A program made the position numbers and the translations under genes. From NCBI GenBank assembly GCA_000934665.2, contig KZ538905.1:1-41009 (forward strand): 41,009 nt of DNA, in the 5' to 3' direction. This DNA is from Catajapyx aquilonaris (taxonomy: Eukaryota). The first letter of the stretch is position 1; each line of letters opens with the position of its first letter. Of this stretch, positions 27,438-41,009 are shown one piece after another. The notes below the pieces were generated by a model. The model was not told where the DNA came from and made no database searches. It worked only from the letters and a program-made list of their open reading frames with translations.

Positions 27438-29502
27438 TAACTCCATTTATACAAGCTCCCCCAAAAGGGTCGTTTCGTCCTCTACTAATGGGGTCAGATT
27501 TGTTTAAAATTATGCAAGCGTATACGTAGACTACAGTATAACTATTGCAAACAATGATGAAATACATATAGAGAGTGAGGGCCACCGAAAAGATAATTAT
27601 GAAAGTTGCGAAGAAATCATTCATTAAAATATCCTTAGTAAAATTTCTTCCCCGAGTTATTTTCTACACCCCATGACAATAGCCTACCCGTAATTAATGG
27701 CTACTTATTTTTGCATTCTATGAAGAACCAGTAGACTATAGGTAATTCCTCTCCTTTTTCCCTCTTGAAACCAGTTGATCGTCCGTCTCGATATTCAAAA
27801 ATCCTTAGAATTTTCATATTTATTATTTGGGATAATAAGCCTAATGTTATTAATGCAACCATACCGAGTATACCTTTAAAATATGCCTATAAGAACATGG
27901 CAGATTATAAAATATTTCATCAAAAATACGTAACATTCTTGATTATATTAATAATGCATGAGTCTGGAAATACACTCGAAGAAAAATTTATTTTATTTGT
28001 AACACGTAACTTGTTGGGTAGCCTAATCATCCAGAACAAATTGGTCGCTATACATATTAATACATATCACACTAGATGCAATATTTTTAGTTACCAATTC
28101 TTGAAAGTTCAGAAACTGTTAAACCTTCTTTATAATAATTACGTTAATGTTACTCTAAATTGCGCAGATCAGTGAAATGTTTTTGAATTTTCTCTCGGTG
28201 TCGATAGTTTTTAGTGCAATTTGTTAATAATAATATTTGGTGGAAAAGTGGAACTCAGTTTATCAGTGTTTGTTCATGTGTAAAGACAAGCTTAAAATTG
28301 CTTAAAATGCATAAAATTGCATTTTTAGCAGTTGAAATGGCCACACAAAAGCGGAACCTGTCAAAATATGCCTTTTAATTTTTATGGACATGGCAGATGA
28401 CAGCCCATTTTAAATGTCGTCTATAGCTGAAACCAACATCTTCAAAAGCAATTAATGAAATATTTCACAAAGAGTCAACCCTTCAAACGGGGTGTTAAAT
28501 GGTAAAAATAAATGTGCAAAGTTTATGTTTAGTGAACAATATAATTCTGCAGCTCAAAAGTTGGTCATCATCTGCCATTTTCAAAAAAGATTTAAATGTT
28601 GGAAGTTGCCATTTAAACTGGAAAATTCACAGGTTTCAAGTTCATGTTTTCACTTCTCAGGAAAGAAATATTGAAAAACTCAGTTAAACTTTTTGACTGA
28701 CAAAATTAGACGTTTATATTATGATAGGATTTACTAAGAACAACTTGGGAGTACAATAATTATTACCGGTATCGAAAGAAAATCAATCCTGTAAGATACA
28801 ATCGGCAAAAATTCCCGCAATATCTGACAGGTTATGAATATTCAGCCTGTAACGAGTCCAATATTTATCCAGCATTATATTTCATTTAGGTTATTTAGCC
28901 TTCTCATTAGCCCCGTGATTGACCCTTTCAAGCTGACCCAAAAATGCTCCATAGCTTGACTTCGCGGGGTCCCCCTCTCTATACCTTCCACCCATCAGAC
29001 ACTGAAAAGTGAACTCCATCACTAAGGCAAATATTGTGGCAGGCAATATCCTCATCACTCATTCAGTCCCTTTTTCTTCCGATCAATACATTTCCCTCCC
29101 TCCCTGTTTGTCCTAAGCTCAACTGTGTCCATATATGAAGCCAGTGGGCCCCAGTGGACAAGAGGGACTCTGAGCTTAGTGTATAGTGAGGGAATGGATC
29201 ACGGATGCTAACACGACTCGGCCATTTACTCTATACCTTCTAACAGGTCGTCTCGAGTTCACTTTCCCAGTCCCTTGAAACCCGATCGGTTATTGAATGG
29301 CTAACTTTGGGCCAATGCAAACATCCAGCCGGTCAAAAATACGGGATGAAAAGGTACCGCGCTTTTACTTGCGCTCATCCTCAGCCATCGCCAGTATTCC
29401 TGCCTTTGTCCCACACACTCTGGGTGGTTCTAATAAATAAATTTAAAATATTACCAGCATATAGACAGCATAAAATAAAAAAAATGGCATTCGTAAAAAT
29501 TA

Positions 29503-29508
29503 TTTATT
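29503..29508 (-). promoter_or_regulatory. Candidate NK4 polyadenylation signal
   Basis: AATAAA on - followed by a U-rich tract. Alternatives at 30140-30145 and 29764-29769 lack an obvious downstream element. Confidence 0.35.
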
Positions 29509-30327
29509 AGTTAACGTTACAAGGTTCTAACTCAAACATTATTACTATGAGCATACTATGTACACTGGCCACAATTAAAATATACGGTTTAAAAAAAACT
29601 GTTGGTGTCAAGCACAGTGCAGCCCACTCTTTAAGAGTGAAGCAGCATCCAGCAGCCTCTTTCTTCTTGGTCATCAGCAACAGGCAAGGGAGGGCATCAG
29701 GGGTTGGATATAGAGAAAGGCGCCAGGAGGCCTAAACAACCGCGATGGGAGGCGCTGATTTTGTTTATTGATGAGAAAGCGCAGTAAAAGGCTTCCTTGG
29801 TCGAGGGTCAAATCAGAGGTGGTCCACATCACAGGCCGCAACATCTTTTTTTTAACTTAATAAAGAGCCTTTCTTATTATATATATAAGATCGTTCTTGA
29901 TACACGTGCAGCTTGTGCAAAAATGTGCCCTCAAAGGATGAGTGGAGAAGAAAATAGTGTTGATGATGCATTGTTATTAAAACATGACGGGGAAGGGAGA
30001 CCGAAAGTCGGGGGAAACAGCTCGTTATTTTCGCGGTCCACTTAGCGACTTCAATCTCTGGAAATAAATGTTTGCCGCCGCAAAACTGGCACCTTTTCAA
30101 TCAAGCCGTCATTTCGGGCTAATTTGTGTCTCATCGTACTTTATTTTAAACTCGTGCGACAGAGTGTCTCCGAGTTATTTAGCTATAAAAATGCATATTG
30201 AGTAATCCGCTTCAACTTTTCTATACTATTAAGAGCGCAACAGAAAACTTGTACAAAAATAACGCACGTTGTGAACATAACGACATCAGGAGGCGAATTG
30301 TACGAAATCTTCGTCGCTTTCTAAAGG

Positions 30328-35069
<4,742 letters not shown>

Positions 35070-35139
35070 GGTCACTTACAAGTGTCTGCTGACCACCCCC
35101 CAGGGGATCAAATGCCTCGATTTCGCGCCCCCAGGAGGA

Positions 35140-35215
35140 AGAAGCGCCGCCCAATTATTACTCATCCTGGAGCCAATGGCGAGTCCAGATGACGTCGACG
35201 CCCACCCCCATCAGT
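35140..35215 (-). promoter_or_regulatory. Candidate NK4 proximal promoter
   Basis: Two CCAAT boxes, a CRE-like TGACGTC and a KLF/Sp-like GCCCACCCC clustered 80-140 nt upstream of the ATG; TSS unknown. Confidence 0.35.
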
Positions 35216-37677
35216 ATGGACCACCCCAAAATGCGAAGAGGGTGCTGTTGCCAACCTTCTTCCCTCCAAAAAACAAACAAGTTCGACCACAACTGGCACC
35301 GTCGCTAATGGAAAACATCTCATCTGCCTCCATTAGGATTGGTGGGCACACCAGGGTTTGCGGTTCTTAAACGAGGTTTAAATTCGCTTTTTTTTTCTTT
35401 CATTTAAGAGAAGGGTCCGCTGGAAGTTTGTGTTGCGTCTGTAGGGAGCCTGCCTGGCATCAGTCCTTTTTGGGAAATGCGGGGATCCTCTTCAGATAAC
35501 TACTTAAGAAGCCTCGGAGTCGTAAACAGGACCTATTCGACGAAACTTTGATACACTCACATCGGCTGTGTTCATCGCCGTGATTGGCACCGATTCTAAA
35601 CAACCATAAACTCAACCACATGGCCTTCGTATACAGGGTGCTGCCTAAGGTACACGAATTTGCGAATTTCTTAAGCCATTGATTCTGACAGAAAGTCCTT
35701 TTAAGGCATTTCCTTAAAAAGCAGTGGTCCAACTGGCGCCGAAATAAATGGTGGTGGTCGAACCCTGCGGTTTGACCCTCTGGAGTACTTTCTGGAGGGT
35801 CCTGTGTATATACACTCACCAGAGTGTCGCAGCCCAAGAATGTCAAGAATGCCCAAGTCTTGCCAAACATACGTAACAAACTAATTAATTTTTTTTTCTC
35901 GACTTCTTCCCAGTTGCAAACATACTTATCTGTGCAATTCCTGTGGAGCTTGAAAATGAATTGCTGTTTTGTATCCGAAACATGACAGCTTGGTCGGCGT
36001 AGCGTGGAAGAAGCAAGCAGAGCAATGCGGGGATGATTGACGTCCAAAATGAGACAACTTGGTTGTTTATTTGAGAAAAATCAGGGGCTGCTGCTGCTGC
36101 AGGGCGAGGAAAAGAAAGTTACACATTCAGAAGCAGCCCTTGCTTTTACACGAGTTTTTTTTTTTCTAGAGCAAGAAAAGCACGTGACGAATCGCACTCA
36201 ACGCTGCGGATACATTGGGGGAAAAGAGAGCTATTATTTTTACTGCGTCTTTCGAACGGGTTATGGTCGAACAGACACAAAACATGCCGAAGTGTGGGAG
36301 GAGATTATTTTCCGATAACTGTCGTTCGACCTTTTATGAGCGCCTGCTGGTATATACGATATGACATATTTAGAATGTATTGGGGAGGGAGGTTAAATCG
36401 GTGGCTCTATGAAAACATTGCACAGGAGTGAGCTGTTGGAGCTATTATTAGGTGCTGATCGGGACTGCTGTGATGGGGGAGGCCAAAAAGATGCCAAAAT
36501 CGGTGTGATGACCAAAGCCAGACCACGCGGAGAGTTGATATCGAGTGAAAAAGGGGGACTGGAAAATAACCTGATGGAACTTACAGGAAGTACCAAATAT
36601 TTATAAAAACAAAATGTAAAACTTAATTTAATTATCTGGCAACATACATGCAAGTTTCTGTACTTGATGACAATTAATTTTATATCAGGTGTAGGCCTAC
36701 AATTTGGCTAATGGTACATTTTTCACCTGCACAAGTACTTCGCCCTTAATTATCCTGATTTTTTACCCTGAACGGCTTAACCCAACATGAACAATAACTT
36801 CATTTAGCAGCCTTTAGTTCTATACGTGACACGTGGCCTCCTGAGAATATCAGCTTCGCAGAGAGAGAGGGGGGACATCCTCGATGCTACGTAATACTAT
36901 CCGTCTTGTTTGCAAAGTGCAAGAAAAAACTTGCTCCGCACGTAATGGCTCAAATGGGTTGGCTTCCAGAATTTCATGACATTAATTTATGAAGATGACG
37001 CAACGTTACTCTTCAGTCTATAGAAACTTACCAAAGAAGGCCTTGGTAATCACACCATGAGCCACGGATATAATGTATTAACGGAAATATTAAGGGAATA
37101 TGAATATCAACCTATATTATCACCTATCGTTGACTATAATTGAGATACGGTACCAGTAATGTTTCATATAGAAATCAGCCGGTATAATAATGTAGAACGT
37201 GCCCTGATTTATTGCAGGAATTTTGAATGATGTAGGCTATCCACAAGCTTATTGGTAACGGAATAATAAGTCCTGGCAGGTTAAAGGTCATTTACCAGTT
37301 TAATTGGTTAGATTTCATCCCACGATTTTTGAGGTTCTTGAATAATGCCAGTTTCATGATTGTATTTTCTTGCCTGCTTGCGTGCTGTGTAATATCCCTA
37401 GATTCTACAATAAACCTTTCTTTTGCCTAAACCATTTTCGCTTCGGTAATGGTGATTATACAGGCCCTAGAATGGACACTTGGACTATAGGCTTATAATG
37501 CATTCAAGTTCTTTTGATGGATTTTTAACTTTTCTTCACTTGAAATAGAAACTCGTTTGGAGTATAAAGCATCAGGTACATGATTGAATTTGCAGTGTAG
37601 GCCTACAGCAATAGGGTAATATTATTTTTGTGACAGTTGTCCTAATTACTCATGAAGCAGAAAAATCGGATGCCATC

Positions 37678-37974
37678 GGGGAAGGTGCGGTGGCCGAGAT
37701 GGTAACGTCTCGGCTTGCTGTGCGAAAGGTCCCGGGTTCTAATCCCCGCCCGGAAGTTACCTTTCGCCTGCAGGCGGGCGTCCTGGGGGACTGCACATGA
37801 CCCTTTTCAGACATTGCACTTGCACCTGTGTCTCCTCCCAAGTCCCCATCCTTATATCCTATTTCCCTAATATATTGTCCTTGCAAGGAGTCCGAAGAAA
37901 ACTGAAAATTATTCAAATGGTGGTAATCCGGCTTCGTTCCCCCCGATGGAGTAAAATAAAATGAAAATAAAATA
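37678..37974 (+). mobile_element. tRNA-derived SINE, full length (about 297 bp)
   Basis: 17-bp TSD AAAAATCGGATG(C/T)CATC (37661-37677, 37975-37991; one mismatch); A box TGGCCGAGATGG (37691-37702); B box GGTTCTAATCC (37735-37745); (TAAAA)n tail. Confidence 0.9.
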
Positions 37975-38139
37975 AAAAATCGGATGTCATCTCTGCTCCA
38001 TATGTAAGACTTAGAACAGAAATGGAAGTTTCTCATCACCCCTTTCGTGCTGGCCGCATTGCAATAGGAAAATAGCAAATTCATAACTTTCAAGTATAGT
38101 ATTTTTCACATCTCGCTTGCATCGAGAATTAGACTATTA

Positions 38140-39660
38140 CAGTGAGGCATGTCTATGTTGGACAGAAAAATGTGCAACATAAGGAGGTGTTCAACATATT
38201 AGAACTTCAATCTCTCGGATGTCATAGTGCAGTATACAGTAATGTACGAGTAAGTACTGCACAGTTATCGTCCAGTAACCAACTTCTATTCCAGCATATT
38301 TTTTCTATTCCAAGCATATTTTTTAAAAAATTTCGGTCCCAAAGAATGGGTCGCCAACACAGCAGCGTTTTAAACAAATGGTCGCCAACGCACCAGCGTT
38401 CCAAACAAAGAGTCGCCAACGCAGCAGCGTTCCAAACAAATGGTCGCCAATACAGAAGCGTTGTAAACAAATGGTCGCCAACACAGAAGCGTTGTAAACA
38501 AAGGGTCGCCAACGCACCAGCGTTGTAAACAAAGGGTCGCCAACGCACCAGCGTTGTAAACAAAGGGTCGCCAACGCACCAGCGTTCCAAACAAAGGGTC
38601 GCCAACGCACCAGCGTTGTAAACAAAGGGTCGCCAACGCAGCAGCGTTCCAAACAAAGGGTCGCCAACGCACCAGTGTTCCAAACAAATGGTCGCCAACA
38701 CAGAAGCGTTGTAAACAAAGGGTCGCCAACGCAGCAGCGTTCCAAACAAAGGGTCGCCAACGCACCAGTGTTCCAAACAAAGGGTCGCCAACGCAGAAGC
38801 GTTGTAAACAAAGGGTCGCCAATGCACCAGCGTTCCAAACAAATGGTCGCCAACACAGAAGCGTTGTAAACAAAGGGTCGCCAACGCACCAGCGCATCGT
38901 TCCATTCCAAACAAATGATCGCCAACGCACCAGCGTTCCAAACAAAGGGTCGGCAATACAGAAGCGTTGTAAACAAAGGGTTGCCAACGCACCAGCGCAG
39001 CGTTCCAAACAAATGGTCGCCAACACAGAGGGTCGCCAAGACGCCAACACAGTACGTACACCACAGTGTACGGTGTAGTCAGGGAGTAGTAGTACTGTAC
39101 TGTACATGCAATTTCTGAAACTGGCCTACTTCTTCGTTCAAAAATCGAACACAAGTGACTGGTTTAATAGAAGGAATTTCAATTTTCTTTTGAGCAGGAA
39201 AAATGTCGTCATTATAAGAGTGTCATCACAAAACCTAAAGAGGGGGTTTTATCTTTGCAACCTGGTATTATACCGCCTTCATCTTATGATATTGCTTTGT
39301 GTATCCAACAACACCTGATTCAGCGCACCTCATCTGCATTGCCCCCATATTCATTGTCTGTTGTCAGGATGTGTACAGTTCAACAGTTGACAATCACATG
39401 AAGGCATGCTACACATCTGCCTGCAATAATCAGCATAGCTCAATTTTTTTAGAAAAAATGAGAATACAGCATCTAACCTCTAACGTATAAGAATGAAAAT
39501 TGTGTACAGCGCTTGTCCAACTTATAAGCAAAAAAAATATCCAACTTTCAAGGTAGACAGGTGTCCAACTTAGCAACTGACGGTTCCAAAAAATGATAAT
39601 GTTCAACATAGGGAGGTGGCCAACTTATTATTAAGGTATCCAACTTCACAGGTTTCACTG
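38140..39660. mobile_element. Degenerate pogo-like non-autonomous DNA transposon carrying the minisatellite
   Basis: Left end TA-CAGTGAGGCATGTCTATGTTGGACA; right end (reverse complement) TA-CAGTGAAACCTGTGAAGTTGGATAC. Repeated subterminal GGTGTCCAACTTA-like motifs near both ends. Could alternatively be two separate fragments. Confidence 0.55.
38341..39050 (+). repeat. 31-bp minisatellite, about 22 units, consensus TCGCCAACGCACCAGCGTT(GT/CC)AAACAAA(G/T)GG
   Basis: TCGCCAA recurs at exact 31-nt spacing from 38351 to 38878, then with small insertions. Confidence 0.97.
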
Positions 39661-41009
39661 TATTAGTAACAACTTTCAGGACACTGAAAATTCAATCCTA
39701 ATGGAGATAACTATTCCACTTATGGCTACATTGAACTTCAAATTGACGGAAAGCATTAAAATGCACACATGAAATGCAGAACGCTCTCAGTCACATTTTG
39801 GTCGAAAATTCGTTATACTCTTCTCTCAATGTAATATTTGAATGATGCTCTCTCATAATATGTATTTGGTCATGTTACCAGTTATCTGTTACAAAGTCCT
39901 GTAAGGTTTTTAAAAAAATCATCAAGCAATCAAACCCTCGTAAGTCAAATTCATCAAATTATATTCGGAGCCTTCGCCATTTTATAGGTAATGTAATAGA
40001 TTGATTGGGTTTTGGTAAATTATGATGAATTTTTCTCTCAAAAGTAACTATGGGTGTTTTTGAAAGTGTGTGGTTGTTCCACTTCAAAATAATTCAATTA
40101 TTGGTTAGCGATTTCTGGTTATAACTGTTCATTTTAAGCAGCTATTGTAGCGTAGTTTCTTTCAGTGGACGGTACCAAAAGTATCAGCTACCAATATTAG
40201 GCTGAGTTGTTCCAACCTTGCAAAAATTTGGCTCTGTCATTGCAATACTATAATACAAAAAAGTTTGATCACCCTGTAGATTCGACCAAATGTTATCACG
40301 TAATACAATTTCATAGCCCCTAAAAGTAAATGCGCAAAAAGGGATTGTTTGATAATAAGAATCATAATATAATGTCAGCACTACAGATATTTATGTGGAA
40401 CACACTGTACACTAGATAAGACGAGTCACTTCAGCAAGAGAGAAAGCCGAGATTTTGAGATATGACAAGCTGAAGTTACGTCATTTATTATTATCAGCAT
40501 ACTGCATTATGTGATCCACAATTTCCCCAAACATTTTTTTAAAATCTGGACCTAACATAAGAATCGCCTGACAATGAGCATTTATGCGTATTACAGAGTG
40601 CCTTGACTAAATTCCAAGCAGAATATGATGGATCGTTCTACATGTACGGTACATATATGCCAGAGTTTCATGTGTGCGAGAAAATGTAGCTTAACACAGT
40701 GGCAAGTCCCTAAAGATGACAGTCAAAAAATGTTAAACTTAATATTTATTTACGTTCCCACGGGTTGTATCAGGTCTAACAGTGCAGGACTCCGTTATTG
40801 TCTGACTCCAAGCACTTTCGCGACAGGCTAATGGACGTGGGGTCACCATTTATGACGCGAACGCAAACAAGTCTCGCTCCTCAAACTCCGCCCCTATCAA
40901 AAGGTATAAATCCAGGCCCTGGTGTTTTCAGTGCTGGGAGCCTCCAGAAACGAATGAGGGTGATAGCGGGTGACCCCCATCGACCCCTGGTTTCCATCAT
41001 GCCCTCGTC

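Noticed and set aside
35460..36047. 195-aa minus-strand ORF upstream of NK4
   Set aside because: Non-ATG start, no motif or codon-like composition; a non-coding transcript cannot be excluded.
37678..37760. SINE heads (here and 9550-9631) as tRNA genes
   Set aside because: No proper cloverleaf; both continue into SINE bodies with tails and TSDs.
37812..37822. CATTGCACTTG resembling the 5' end of miR-25/92
   Set aside because: Only 11 nt, inside a SINE core, with no pre-miRNA-length hairpin.
38341..39050. CRISPR-like appearance of the repeat array
   Set aside because: Units are head-to-tail with no unique spacers, there are no cas genes, and the context is an intron-containing animal locus.
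38222..39154. Three long overlapping minus-strand ORFs (238-310 aa)
   Set aside because: Artefact of the 31-bp repeat, which has no stop on the - strand; the same peptides cycle through all three frames.

Overview
Animal genomic DNA, most likely a bilaterian invertebrate (the species cannot be assigned from sequence alone). The window holds the core of an NK homeobox cluster. A two-exon NK3 gene (bagpipe/Nkx3-2 type, 307 aa) lies on + at join(13822..14224,15142..15662). A four-exon NK4 gene (tinman/Nkx2-5 type, 360 aa) lies on - at complement(join(30328..30645,30713..30898,30976..31073,34589..35069)). The two genes are convergent, with stop codons about 14.7 kb apart. Other features: an intact tRNA-Arg(ACG) gene; two TSD-flanked tRNA-derived SINEs; a 5'-truncated retroposon; several non-autonomous DNA transposons, including a nest three insertions deep at 10.4-12.3 kb; and a 31-bp minisatellite. 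The most striking unexplained signal is a roughly 4-fold excess (hand count) of NK-homeodomain core sites (AAGTG/CACTT) over about 5 kb between the two 3' ends, suggesting a shared auto/cross-regulatory block. All motif counts are by eye and no database search was run. I found no evidence for a new protein-coding system.
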